NCBI GenBank assembly: GCA_051453625.1
Contig: JBOZIK010000001.1
Location: forward strand, 27,270,908-27,328,282
Direction: 5' to 3'
From: Welwitschia mirabilis
Lineage: Eukaryota
Length of the DNA stretch: 57,375 bases
The position numbers were made by a program, and so were the translations under genes. Below, one piece after another: positions 1 to 13,440 of this stretch (its first letter is position 1; the number at the start of each line of letters is the position of its first letter). The notes under the pieces were generated by a model. That model saw only the letters and a program-made list of their open reading frames with translations. It did no database searches and was not told the DNA's origin.

Positions 1-1164
1 ACTAAGTTCATCCTAATTCAAGTTATAAAAAGAAAATAAAAGAGAGGAAGAGATGAAATTTAGAATTAATTTTAAACTTTATTTAAGAGAAAGGGGGAAA
101 AAAATAGTTCCAAGGTATCACTATTTTATCCTTTACAATCCTTCACCTTGAAGTTATTCAATAGCCTTTCTGCAAAATAATAAAAACCATCAAGTGATTT
201 TTATGTAATTCATGAGGCATAATCTTGTCCACCATATGACAAATAGTGAATTTAACTAACACTTATATCTTAAATAACAACAGAAACAAAAGGGCCTACA
301 AAAGCAGTTAAGATATATTAAATTAAAAGGCTAAGTGATAAAGGCAAATTCACATAACCAAATTAAACTTGATAATTAAAGAATTTATGTAAGCATCCTA
401 ATTATGATATTACTCATGAATCAAGATTAAAGAAAAACAACTTTTCCATTACATAAGGAACAACCTTATAATAAAGGAAGAAGAAAGCAGGAAAAACTCC
501 TTTATAATCCTCAAAGACTAGCTCACTCCCCTAAAGGGTTACCTAGAAATCCATAATAAGTTAACACTCCAAAGTCTCTAATTTTTCCAAAGTAAATATG
601 AATACAATGAAGGATTTAAGGCCCTTTTATAAGGAGAAATAGGTGTGAGGAATGATTATAACTTTTGTCTTATAGCATTAGGTAGAGTCTTCATCATTTA
701 ACATTAGGTACATAAGATTCTATCTTATAGCATTTGGTGGAGACCATTAGGTAGCATTTAGTGGAGTCTTCATCATGTAGCATTTGGTAAAGTTTTCATC
801 ATGATGAGTCCAAAATGAATTCTTTGGAGCCAAATTACTCTACCAACTAGTGATATCACCACATGTCTATAAGACCACCTTCACGTGCCTCTATCACATG
901 TTTTCAATTACTTCTGCTATGTCTCACCACCTCATATCTCCATTTACTACTATTATTTTATATGAAATTGAGTCATCTTCTATCATGTATTCCAAAATTG
1001 GCTTAAATATCTATAATTTAATATGGAAAAAAACATAACATTCAATTTTATTTTAAAATTAATAGAAGACATATTTTATGATTAAAATAATTAAATTAAT
1101 GTCTTCATTTACAATAAATTGGTTTAAAACACTTAATATAAATGTTGAATTTTACATCTTAGCA
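1..1164 (-). mobile_element. Probable LTR fragment of a gypsy (Athila-like) element, running off the left edge
   Basis: The minus strand begins TGCTAAGATGTAAAATTCAAC at 1164, resembling an LTR start. A TATA-like CCTTATAAAAGGGCC lies at ~621-635 (minus) and short tandem motifs at 673-805. No partner LTR is in the window. Confidence 0.3.
673..805 (+). repeat. Short degenerate tandem motif (tagcattwggtagagtcttcatcat-like), about 5 units
   Basis: Recurring tagcattaggtagagtcttcatcat / tagcatttggtggagacc / tagcatttagtggagtcttcatcat / tagcatttggtaaagttttcatcat. Confidence 0.6.
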
Positions 1165-2979
1165 ATTATATTTTACCTATTTTAATAGTAAAACTATTAA
1201 TTATCTATTTTTATCATTCATAAATTACATTTATATTTTATTCTCAAGTCTTTTCTATATTAGGTTTATAAATAAAATGAAAGCGTCATGATTCATAGTA
1301 TAGCTAAATGATACTAAATAGCATTTTTTAAGGAAAAATCTATATTTCATTACTAGTAAAGAAAAAGAAGTATTTTATTAAAAAGATCACATAGAAAAGT
1401 TCTTACGATTATTAAAATAAATATACTTAGAAATAAAAACAAGAGGAAATATGAAAAAACTTAGGGATGTACAAATAAATAATTACTTCCGTATGGGACA
1501 TTCTTATTATAAGATTGAGGGGAAGAAGGCCTAAGAAAAGGATCAAACATGTTAGAGAGTATTTATTCCTTCTCATCATTACATAATAGGCAATCTAAGT
1601 TCATGAACTTATTATAATAACTATTCAAAATTCTAAGAATACATTTCAATAAATTTTTTAAATGTTCCTTAGAAAACATTCAATGATAAGAAAACATATA
1701 AAGGTCTTTTTTTGACAACATAAGATGCTTTAAAGAGTGATAAAGCACTAACTTCAAGTGAGTAATATGTGCATCCTTTTAAGCCTATGTATAAAGCATA
1801 ACCTCTATTTAAGCTTGTTTGTTATAAGACAACTATTCTTCAAGACATACTAAATTCAATTCAACCTATAATAACCACGATAAAAGGAATTTTAAGAAGT
1901 TTATTAGAGTTATGTAAATGCAAAAAATAAACATACACATCTACATACCTCCAACATTCAAGACATTTTTTTAATATTCTAGTTAATGCATCTTAATCCA
2001 AGTTATCTAATGCACTACTTTAAGTTCATTGATGATGATCTCAAAGTTCTCTATACAAGATACAAATAAGAATCCATAGGATGATAAGAAGAAAACATTC
2101 ATTATGGGTAAGCTAAAACTCTTCTTTAAAATTACGACTTTAATGGTTATGATACATTAAAGCATCCTATTAACATAAATGTCTACTAGATTCATAAGTA
2201 ATTAAACCTTTTAATTACTCAACTTGATCGATCCTTATAAGCAAAGCCTAGGTCTTTGGAACCAAGTCTACAATTATAGTTAGCAAGATTTTATTAAATA
2301 AGAAAGGGTAAAGACTAGCTTCCTAAGTATAGAAAGAGGATGTAAAGTAGTAAATAAAACTAAGGACAAAACTCTATCAAGCATATTAAAACCCTTGAAA
2401 TCCATGAAAAGAGTATTTAAAAAATATGTAACTTATATAAATTGGCTATGATCAATCATCCCATCAAGGTAATCCTCTTAAAACTTAGATAAAGAAAGAA
2501 TTATTAATGCTAATAAAGAAGGAAAGCTAGCAAGTTTTGATTTACCCATATTTTTTCCTTCTTTCATGTTAAATTAGGAGAAGGACATTTTAAGCCATTT
2601 TACAAAACTAAATATTGAATATTACCTACTTCATATGAAGATAACATTAATTAAGGAAAAAACTATTTAGGAAAAATAGATTCACCTTAACCTAGTACTT
2701 AGATGTCTATGAAATAATTATATAAGAACATTCCTCTTCCTCTTATTCATCTTGAAAAGTAACAATGGATGTTAAAGATCTTAAAGAAAGAGTCTTTTCC
2801 TTCCCTTTAGAGTGTGAGGTCTTGAATGAAGGATCCTTTGGAGAATCCATTTTCATTTTAACAAATCTTGATAAATAAGGAATAAACATCACTAGCTAAA
2901 GAATAAGCAAGGCTAATTTTATTTATTCAATAATATTCCAAACAAACTTATATGTCCTTAAATTTAAGATCCATTATTT
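1165..2979 (-). mobile_element. Internal (5' UTR plus degenerate ORF) remnant of the minus-strand Tekay-like element whose 5' LTR is 31651-34317
   Basis: 2929-2979 aligns with 44485-44535, which in the other copy continues directly into the PBS-adjacent leader (31547-31650 is similar to 44536-44632). A stop-riddled minus frame starts MDSPKDPSFKTSHSKGKEK at 2850. Confidence 0.5.
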
Positions 2980-3316
2980 TATTGAAAAAAAATTGTTATT
3001 ACTACATTATAATTTAGAAATTATTATTTTAAATTAAAAATTATTATCTAATAGTTCATTTTGAAAATGTCCACAAGCACTTAGTTAAAGTTATATTAAG
3101 TTTATTTTTCATTATAAATGATAGGAAAAAGATCCATAAATTTATCAACTAGATTCATTATGCTATGATTATATCTTTGAAATATTCATTTTTATATAAA
3201 CCAAAATGAAAGAAATAAAGATTTGAATTGTTTCACACACCTACCTTGTGTGCTTTCTAGGACTTTCTCCTAGTTTTATGGACCTTTAATTATGCATGAA
3301 ATCTCTAAATGAAACA
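2980..3316 (+). repeat. 5' LTR of the small kinase-carrying element
   Basis: TATTGAAAAA...GAAACA aligns along its length with 31231-31546 and is followed by a PBS-like motif. Confidence 0.75.
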
Positions 3317-3318
3317 AT

Positions 3319-3331
3319 TATTATTAGAGCC
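3319..3331 (+). promoter_or_regulatory. Degenerate primer-binding site (tRNA-iMet)
   Basis: TATTATTAGAGCC vs canonical TGGTATCAGAGCC (10/13), 2 nt after the LTR-terminal CA. Confidence 0.6.
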
Positions 3332-4165
3332 TCTTATGGTATTGGTTTAATAGATAGGCACAAAAATAATTAAAGCCCTAATTCATCAAAACTAGTTTTC
3401 AAAATTGCATTGTATATGCAGTCTAGCTTTCAACAACTCACNNNNNNNNNNNNNNNNNNNNNNNNNNNNNNNNNNNNNNNNNNNNNNNNNNNNNNNNNNN
3501 NNNNNNNNACTTTATTTACTTAAATATTAAGTATATTTAAGCTTTAATTGAATGATTAATTAATCTTATTTAAGTTCTGTATCAAATGAGATGTCATTTT
3601 AAATTAACCTTAGTTTGCAAATTTCATAATTTGTCATGATAATGAAAAACATTATGTTAGAAGGTTTTATAAGAAAAGATATCCAAACATTTAAAATAAA
3701 ATAATTCCATTATCTAAGGAATTAAAATAACATAAATGAAAAACTTCAAGAGGACATAATAATATATTTTTGCATCTTATTTACTATTCAAAATATTGGT
3801 AAATATGATAGGTGTACTATATGATGAAGAAATACTTTTTTTCTTGTATTATATAATTGTTAGATTTTATATGTTTCGNNNNNNNNNNNNNNNNNNNNNN
3901 NNNNNNNNNNNNNNNNNNNNNNNNNNNNNNNNNNNNNNNNNNNNNNNNNNNNNNNNNNNNNNNNNNNNNNNNNNNNNNTTATGAAATAAATAAGCATGTA
4001 AACAAGTACATGAACTCTTACCTAGAACCAAGAATGATAAATGAGTAAATTTACTTTATAATAACTTTTATGTTCTTGATATATATATATAAGGGAAACT
4101 AGCTCATAGAATACTCATTGTTTATTCATTAGAAGTAAAGAGTTTGTCTCATTATGCCAAATGAC

Positions 4166-5435
4166 TATTGTAATCCCAATTTTTAAGAATTCTAATGGTG
4201 TGTTTGAAGTACTTTTATAGGAAATTTATATAGGTTTGGAGGCATTTCAAGCATGTTCTGGTATTTAGTATGTTGAAGGAAGATTAATTATGAAGAAGGT
4301 TGATTTGCTTTACCTAATAAGCTTTGGAAGGTGTTATCCCCATTATCATCCCCATGACAGAGGGGATGATAGCATTGTATTGGCCTATTATAATACTAAT
4401 TTTTACTAGAGATTAGAGTCAATGAAGTAAAGGAGGTGGAATCCCCATTATCGTCCCCATGACATAAGGGATGATGATATCTTTGGAAGCTAACTATAAG
4501 ATTAATTATGAAGCTAGAAACTAATTAATTATGTATTGTAATGGAGCATCATCCATATTATCATCATCATGATAGTTAGGATGACAACTATTTTATATAT
4601 GCAGGAATGAATTATCTTGTAATGGGGTCATTTATCCCACTTAGACTGCTAGTGTTTCTTCTCCAACTTTTAGGGTTATAGTTCTAGAACTTTTAATTTA
4701 AAACTATAAATACCTTCCTTATCCTCAGTTCCAAACCATATTTTATACATGATAATTATGACAAAAGATTGAAGGATAAGAGGTTCATTCAATAGCTATA
4801 AAAAGGAGTTTCCTTGGTTATAGGCTAAGTATCTTCAATTGTAGTTTTGCTATCTTGTTATCAGTAGATGTAAAGTTCTTTGAAATTAATACAATTACTC
4901 TTTTCATTCCAATTATAATTATGTCCCTTATGGTTTAAGTCTATCATATTTAAGTGATAATTCTGTGATTTATTTAGATCATAAAGGCAACCTTTGTTAA
5001 GGTTTACTTTGGTTAGTATGAGATTGCATTATTATTCCATTTCCATTTCACATTACATTCCTTATTCTACTGGGTAAGTTGCATAGTTTATGTTGATTAG
5101 GAATAAGTTAAGTAATCTTCTTAATTGATCTAAATTATAGAGAGATAGTTCTTGTGACAAAAGAATTAGGAACTAACAGAATTCATTTCATTTTCATTTG
5201 CATTTCATATTCATTTACATTTCATTTCATTTACTTTATTTTCTTTCAGTTATTAAAAGATAAAAATTAAAAGAAACCATTGGAAATCAATTCTCTAACT
5301 CTGAGCCTAGTGCCTTCATTGGGATTATGTCATTTAGGTAAACGCTGTCTATGCTAGCATGTGTTTTGCTACAAATTATTTGATTTATAGGTTTACGTAA
5401 AAGACTTCGAGGTTTCATAAATTCACATCATAACA
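4166..5435 (+). repeat. Athila 5' LTR
   Basis: Homologous to 16428-17769 and to the reverse complement of 56056-57375. It lacks ~65 bp near its 5' end relative to the 3' LTR. Confidence 0.85.
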
Positions 5436-5438
5436 TTT

Positions 5439-5456
5439 TAACACCGTTATTGGGAA
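5439..5456 (+). promoter_or_regulatory. Degenerate PBS complementary to tRNA-Asp (Athila type)
   Basis: TAACACCGTTATTGGGAA vs TGGCGCCGTTGCCGGGGA; every mismatch is G>A or C>T. Confidence 0.7.
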
Positions 5457-8400
5457 AGGCCATAAGGAGATAGAGAATTGTCACTAACCAAATAAGTACC
5501 TCTAATCTTCTACTCAAGTTATTTATTTGAATTAGTACTATATTTTTAGTGAAACTTAGAATAGGTTTACTTTAGTAAAGTTTTATTTCCAATAGTTTTT
5601 AGGGATCTTGTTATTTTCTCTATTGTCCACGTAACATTGGACATGATAGTTCTGCAATTTTGAAATTAATTTTTGCTTTTGCAATTTTGCTTTTGTTCTT
5701 ATTTTGATAATAACATTACTATCATCTTCTTTTTTGTTCCCATGATAGATTGGACAACAGTCTCATTTTTGTGTTTTTATTTTCTATTTTTCTAAATTTT
5801 TTAGTTTTGATAATTTTTGTGAGTTTTTGAGTTTTGATTTTCTGTTAGTGTGGTCATCGTATCCTCTGTTATCTCCATGATCATGTTGATGATGGACTAT
5901 TATTTTTTATTTTCATTTTTTATGTTTTATTTGGACATGCAAGGATATGGTAAATTCTCATAGAAAGATAGAATGTTAGAGGGAATGAAATTTGATTAAA
6001 GGAAATATTACAGAAGAATTATTCAACTTCAAGCAAAATCTAGGTATGCACATCCTAGGTATGTAAGTTCTGACTATTGAAGAAATTTTTTTTCCCTATT
6101 TTTATAATTTTAAAATTATATTTTCTCTTCTCTATATAGTCATTCTATTAGTTATTTTCACAATAGTTAAAATAGACACCCATTACATATCTTTTGAATG
6201 TTAAGGATCAATAATTTTGATAAAACAATGAAACATCAAAGAGAGAAAAACTTAATCTTCATTATGTGCTTATCTTAATTATCATATTAAAATCAAATTC
6301 TCTTATTTCATTCTTTCCAATTGATTTAATGAATAGTGATAGAAGGACTATTAAGGAAATTCTTGCTAAAAGAAGGAAAAACTTAAAAAAATTCTAAAGA
6401 TAATAGTAAGAAAACATTTCAAGAGATCTTTGCAAAAAGAAGGAGAAACATAATAAATTCTGAGGTTTNNNNNNNNNNNNNNNNNNNNNNNNNNNNNNNN
6501 NNNNNNNNNNNNNNNNNNNNNNNNNNNNNNNNNNNNNNNNNNNNNNNNNNNNNNNNNNNNNNNNNNNNNNNNNNNNNNNNNNNNNNNNNNNNNNNNNNNN
6601 NNNNNNNNNNNNNNNNNNNNNNNNNNNNNNNNNNNNNNNNNNNNNNNNNNNNNNNNNNNNNNNNNNNNNNNNNNNNNNNNNNNNNNNNNNNNNNNNNNNN
6701 NNNNNNNNNNNNNNNNNNNNNNNNNNNNNNNNNNNNNNNNNNNNNNNNNNNNNNNNNNNNNNNNNNNNNNNNNNNNNNNNNNNNNNNNNNNNNNNNNNNN
6801 NNNNNNNNNNNNNNNNNNNNNNNNNNNNNNNNNNNNNNNNNNNNNNNNNNNNNNNNNNNNNNNNNNNNNNNNNNNNNNNNNNNNNNNNNNNNNNNNNNNN
6901 NNNNNNNNNNNNNNNNNNNNNNNNNNNNNNNNNNNNNNNNNNNNNNNNNNNNNNNNNNNNNNNNNNNNNNNNNNNNNNNNNNNNNNNNNNNNNNNNNNNN
7001 NNNNNNNNNNNNNNNNNNNNNNNNNNNNNNNNNNNNNNNNNNNNNNNNNNNNNNNNNNNNNNNNNNNNNNNNNNNNNNNNNNNNNNNNNNNNNNNNNNNN
7101 NNNNNNNNNNNNNNNNNTTTACTACTAAATAATCAAGATAAGAAATCCATTCATGAAAAATATGATAACTTTTCAATCAATGATGAAGATGATGTTCTTA
7201 TTTCTCTTGATAATCTTTTTGATGAATCTAATAACTTAGAGAATGAAAGAAATATTTAACAAAAGAAGGAATATTTAGTTACCAATAATTATAAGGAAAG
7301 TAAACAAATAATCCAACCAATTAATGATCAAGACAATAGTAAAGAAAGTAATCATAATGAAGGACCCATAGAAATTCATTCAAATTCTTAAAGGATAGAC
7401 TTGTTCTTTCTACCCATACTTCTACATCCTTTTCATCTGTGCCTTCATGTACAACTTTAAATCACATTGTTTCTTTCACTTCTACTTTTATTTTCACATT
7501 ATCGTATGATCTTAATTATGATAACCTTTCTTTATATATTCTAGTTAAACCTTCATATAATTCTCAAGGTAATGTTCCTTTCCTTGACTCTTATAAAACC
7601 ATAATTTTGAAGAGTCTATTTCTCCTATCTCTTAATCTCTTCCTTTTAAAAATCCATGTGATACTACAAGTAACATCCTTTATTTTTCTACTAATCCACT
7701 TTACCTTGTGCTTTTGATCATTATCCTTTTTAAAAGTTTGACTTAAACTATCTTGGAATTTTGAATTAGGGTAAGTCTTATCTTCTTGATGATAATCAAT
7801 GCTTAGAGTTAAATCTTAAGGAGCCTTTCAATCTTATTAAACATTCTCAAAAGCCCTTAAAAACTTCTTGAATCCATTCTTTGAGTAGTACCTTGAATGA
7901 ATTATATCATAATACTCTTAATTTGCAATGTTTTAATAAGAGATTATGTGTTAATAAAGTTTGTTACTTCTTTATCTCTTGGATTTGGAAATTTGTGCTA
8001 TCAAAGCTTTATCATTTTACTCTCTTTACCACCAATTGATTTTACTACAAAATGATTGTATACCTTTTATGTTTTATCAATTGATTTCTATTTGATTTGA
8101 TTCTTCTTCTTTTAATAAAATACAATGATCAAGTGCACTTTTTACATAACTAGTTAAACTTCTTAATGGTTATGTCCCTATCTTTTATAAAAAACACATC
8201 TTTAAATGGCTTAGTTAAAACTTTCAAACTCAACACTCATTAAATTTAGAAGTTAATAGATAAAAGATTAAAAATCATTGAAATATCTATCAATTAAACC
8301 TTGAACATGATAGGAGCACTTTTCTTGGATTTTCCCTTGCCATTATCTAAATTTTTCTTTAGCCTATTCTTTTGTAAATGTCATGCTATTACTTGAAAAT

Positions 8401-9199
8401 CTTTAACTTGACTAATGTTTTACTTTATGAAGTTATCATGATTATTAAATATTTTACTTATGTTAAAATGATAAGATTAGCTTCATCCAATTTTTAGACA
8501 TTTGTATATCTATGAAGTTCATTTGGAAGGAAGATGCCTTTGTTCTTTTATTTTCTTTCAATGTTATAAGTAATTAGTTATTTTAGCATGTTATTCCTTA
8601 TTAATTATCTCATCCCTTTACTTTTATCCCCATGAGTATTTAGTCATGTGGACATTACTCATTTACTTAAAAAAAAAGGAAAAAGGAAGAAGAAGAAGAA
8701 GAAGAAAAAGCAAGAAAATGAAATAAAGACCATGCTATTTTATGTTATATCTCAAAACATGGTCCTAATGATGTCCTACTACAAGTGAATTAGGGCAAAT
8801 ATTCTTGAGAGGAGCTTTTAGCAGTGCAATATGGTAAATGTAAAAACTCCACTAAGGGATTAATTAGCCATGTTATCTAGGTCCTTACTCCTCTAACAAT
8901 TATTGCACTCTTCTCATCATGGTAAAATAAAATTTTACTTAGAGGCTATGATATTAGTGATGTCTTTAGTATCATCAGAGGTATTGTTTATTTTTTTGAC
9001 TCATTTTATTTACTTATTTATAGTACTTTCACATGATCACTCTACTTTTTTAGATTCNNNNNNNNNNNNNNNNNNNNNNNNNNNNNNNNNNNNNNNNNNN
9101 NNNNNNNNNNNNNNNNNNNNNNNNNNNNNNNNNNNNNNNNNNNNNNNNNNNNNNNNNCTTTAGTATATAAAAATAAAAAAAAAGGTAAACCAAACAAGT

Positions 9200-9780
9200 A
9201 GGTATGTTCTAATCTTTTGTATAATTTTTTTGGTAAATTTATTCATTTAAAATATTTTTGCAAAGTCAAATAATTAATGCTTTTCTCTAAAAATATAAGT
9301 ACATTACCTTTTAATTTTATTCCAAATAAAAATATACCACTCAAGTTAAATAAAACTAAGTGAATTAAAAATACTAGTCTTCAGAGTTTTCTGCCACAGA
9401 TAGATTTCAGAGGACCATGTATCAATAGTTGATATCTAGATAGTGGTTGTACAAGATATATTTTAAGAGATAAATTAAGTTTTTAAAACTTAAAAAGCAT
9501 AAACAGAGGAGAACTCATCTTTGAAAACAATAAAACAACAAAAATAGAAGGTACAAGATGTATCAAAGGAGGTATGTTACCTAAACTTGATAATGTTCTT
9601 TATGTTAATGGTTTAAAACACAATTTATTAAGTGTAAGTTAACTTTGAATAAAAGGCATAGAATAATTTTTGATAAATCAAAATGTACTATTATAAAGGA
9701 GAAAATTAATACTTCTTTTTTTTTTTTTTTTTTTGCAAAACATGTGGATAATATGTATAGATTAGATGTTCAATCATTTA
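9200..9780 (+). pseudogene. Copia gag-end/protease remnant, copy 1
   Basis: S*YLDSGCTRYILRDKLSF (~9427) and NVLYVNGLKHNLLSVS* (~9592) match the Copia motifs WYLDSGCSRHMTGDK and NVLLVxGLKHNLLSISQL. Confidence 0.8.
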
Positions 9781-10544
9781 ATTAAATGTTTCATGTAAAC
9801 CAAGATATTAGGATAAATTTAGATGAAACTGAATGTTATTTTGTAAATTTTAGTGAAATCCCTAGTGTCTATAATTAATCTGATAATCATGAAATTGATT
9901 TAAGAGTTAAGTCATCATTCCTTGGCTGATTGTATAGTGGTTGATCAAATCTATGATTTCACAATTGCCTAGACCTCTTTTAGTACTATAGACCTGCATC
10001 TCGATAGGTCAACCAGAACCTTGAGTGGTTGACTGGACCTAACAGATCTGTGAACCTAATTTCTTTCTCAAATTTATCCTATTTCTTTCAGACTATAAAA
10101 GAGATAGAATTCTAACTTGATTTTAATGTGTTATAGCTCCTTCTAGCTCTTAGATCTAGGTTTTTATTTCAATACCTACAGATCTTGCTTTTAGATCTAG
10201 TATTTTTCTTAGTTCTCTTAATTTCAAAGAGTGTTAGTGTTGTGATCCCAAATTATCATGTTTTAATGGTGTAATTGATGGTGTTTTACAGGGAATAGGA
10301 ACTCAATTCAGTCATTTTCAGNNNNNNNNNNNNNNNNNNNNNNNNNNNNNNNNNNNNNNNNNNNNNNNNNNNNNNNNNNNNNNNNNNNNNNNNNNNNNNN
10401 NNNNNNNNNNNNNNNNNNNNNAAATTGTTTGATATCTATTCCAAATGAAAATAGATGCTTGGAGTATGAAAGTCCACTGGAGACAAATGAGGTATTGGGT
10501 TTAGTTCACATAAACTGCAAGGATAAGTAAAATAGAAGAGTAAG

Positions 10545-11110
10545 TATATGCCTAATATCTTATGTAATTTTTGTGGTAAATCTAGATATTTGAAGAGTTT
10601 TTGTAAAGCAAGATAGTTAATGTTTTTCTCTAAAATTGTAAACACCTTGCCTTTTAAGTTTGTTCTTAAAAAATGTGTACCACCTAAGTCAAATACGACT
10701 AAGTGGATTAAAGCTAAAATATTCAAAGTTTTTTGACATAGGTAGATTTTAGAGGATCACACATGAATAGTTGGTACCTACATAGTAATTGGTCAAGACA
10801 TATGTCAGAAGAAAAATTAAGCTTTCAAAACCTAAAGAGCATAAATGGTGGAGAATTTATCTTTGAAAACAATAAAATAGTAAAGATAAAGGTACTAGAT
10901 GCATTAAGGGAGGTATGTTACCTAAAATTAATAATGTCCTTTATGTTAATGAATTGAAACATAATTTATTAAGTGTGAGTTAACTTTGTAACAAAGATCA
11001 TAGAATAATTTTTGAGAAATTAAAGTGCAGTATTATAGATGAGAAAATGAATGCTTTTATTTTTCCTACAAAATGTATGGATAATACTTATAGATTAGAG
11101 ATTAATTTGA
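10545..11110 (+). pseudogene. Copia gag zinc knuckle plus protease remnant, copy 2
   Basis: CNFCGKSRYLKSFC (10563-10604; CX2CX4HX4C with H>Y); ORF 10763 SWYLHSNWSRHMSEEKLSF; NVLYVNELKHNLLSVS*LC. Confidence 0.85.
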
Positions 11111-11625
11111 TTAATCAATTATTCCATGCAAATCACAATATTAGGCCAAATTTTGATAGAACTAAATGTAATCTAGTAAATTCTGATGTTCCACCCCATG
11201 TCTATAATCAATCTGATAATCATAAAAATGACCTAGGGGTTAAGTTACCATCTCTTAGCTGATTGCAGGGAAATCGACTAGATCTATGATTTGGTTGATC
11301 GGATATGGTCAGTTGACCAGACTAAGAGCCCCATTACCCAAACCCTGTTTAGTACTGTAGACTAGCGTCTCGATAGGTCGACCAAAATCTCAAGCAGTCA
11401 ACTAGACCTAATGGATTACAGTGTGAAAGTACAGTCAATGGACCCAATTTCTTTCTTAATTTCTATCTATATCCCTTAGTCTATAGAAGAGATAGAATCC
11501 TAACTTAACTTATTATCTTTTAGCCCTTTCTATCTCTCAGATCTACTAATTTTATTTTAACATCCAGAGATATTACTTTCAGATCTAGTGATTTTCTTAG
11601 TTCTTTTGCTTGTAAGAGTGTTAGA

Positions 11626-12673
11626 ATGGCTGCAAGATCTTCCAGGAGAAGAACAAAGGAGGCTATTTCAAGGGATCCATTAATCTTCTACCAAGGAATG
11701 TCTAAAGAAGATATTGATAAGTTCTTTGAAAAGCTTTAGAATTGCACACCTATGCCAAGAGCATTCTGTAGCTACATCAGAGCTTAGGGAACTTAGAGAA
11801 GTAATATAACTTATGAGGGATCAAGATCTTGACCATTTCTTAGATGTTTCTAGTATAGCCTATTCTTTTCTTACTAGGATGTATTATTGTAATGCCTCTT
11901 TTGATTATGATTCTGGGACTCTTGAAACCCCTATTTTGGATAAGAGGATAAGGGTAATGGCAAATCTTATTTCAGAGCTGATAGATCTTCTAAGAAGAGA
12001 CTATGAGGAGTTTTGGCCTTTTAGAGACATCATGGAAGACAAACTTATAATTACCAGAGAGCTTTATGATAGGCTGCACTCTTAGAAACATACTTTGTCT
12101 ACCTTATTTTTAACTCCCAAATATCGTTTTCTTTATTTGTTTTTCACTTATAATGTTTTACCTTTAGCTGACCATCATGATGAGGCCTCTTGCTATCAAC
12201 CCCATTTGATGTATTTGGTAAGAACTAAGTATTCCATTGATGTTCTTGCCATAATACTAAATAATATTGTCCAATAGTTAGAGTATTACATAACTAGGAA
12301 TTTACCATACTCTGTGCTTATCACTAGTATTTATCATCATTTTTGTATTACTTTTTATTCTAAGTTAGAAACCCTCTAGCTGATGTTCCCCATTGGATGT
12401 GTAACCTTATCTCACATGCATATCTTTATCTCCTCTAATAAATCTCCTTCTGAAACGTAAAAGGAAACATCTCCTAATGAGACTCTTTCATATTTGAGAT
12501 GGATTGAGTCCCACACCAAATACATGAAAGAAGCCCTCAGTGTAGCTACTTATGGAATTATGGATATCTTAGCTAAGGCTACCAGTTCTTCTTACACTAG
12601 TGGAGGAGATGAGAAAGAATGGGAGGAAGACTCTAAAGAGGAAGAAGAAGAAGAGGAGGAGGAGTTTTATTAA
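11626..12673 (+). pseudogene. Extra ORF of the Sirevirus-like element (putative plant transposon protein / Transposase_32-like), disrupted
   Basis: ATG at 11626 (MAARSSRRRTK). Motifs AYSFLTRMYYCNA, YRFLYLFFTYNVLP, HLMYL, LPYSVLITSIYHHF and an acidic tail EEEEEEEEFY*. It sits between pol and the PPT region. Confidence 0.6.
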
Positions 12674-13440
12674 AATCTTTTAATTTTCAGATCATATTTG
12701 ATATTCTCTCCTTTGCCTCTATTGTGAAAAAGGGAAGACACAGTTGTGCTTGATTGTTTATTAAATTTTAGATGTATGCTTTTAATGAGAATTTTCCTTT
12801 TTAGTTGTAATACTTTCTTAATAGATTTGTAATGTTTTACTCTTAATGCAAATCAGTTATCTTTTTTAGCATAATCTTCGTATCATTTGGTATATTTCAT
12901 TTGGAAGTGTGATATCATATGTGCTTATTTTGGAAAGCTTAAAATTATTATAACATTTGAAAATGAACTAAAATATTTGTGTCATCTAATTAAATAAGTG
13001 TTCTTCATCACATTATGATTATCATTATGCCTTCTCAATTCTTAAATTGTGCATAACTAAATTTTTTTATTTTCAAGAGCACAAAATTTTGCTTATTCAA
13101 AATACCTTAACTTATCTAAAACTTGGATTATTACTATGGCATATTATTAGGAGGAGAAAATTTGATATTTCTAGACACATATTTAAGGATTACATTTCTT
13201 TGACATTGATGTCAAATAGGGAGAAAATGTAGTGTTTTTAAACATATACATCAACTAACAATGGTTTGCTCCAAAAATATTTTATATATACCCTTTAGTT
13301 AATGTTGTTTATATGGTTTTGTGAAATGGGGTGTTTTTATTATGTTAAAATGTCTTAAATTTGTTTGGTAAAAGAGGTTAAATTTTTTTAATTTTAAAAT
13401 CACTTTTTTATTTTTTACCATCAATGTCAAAGGAGGAGAT

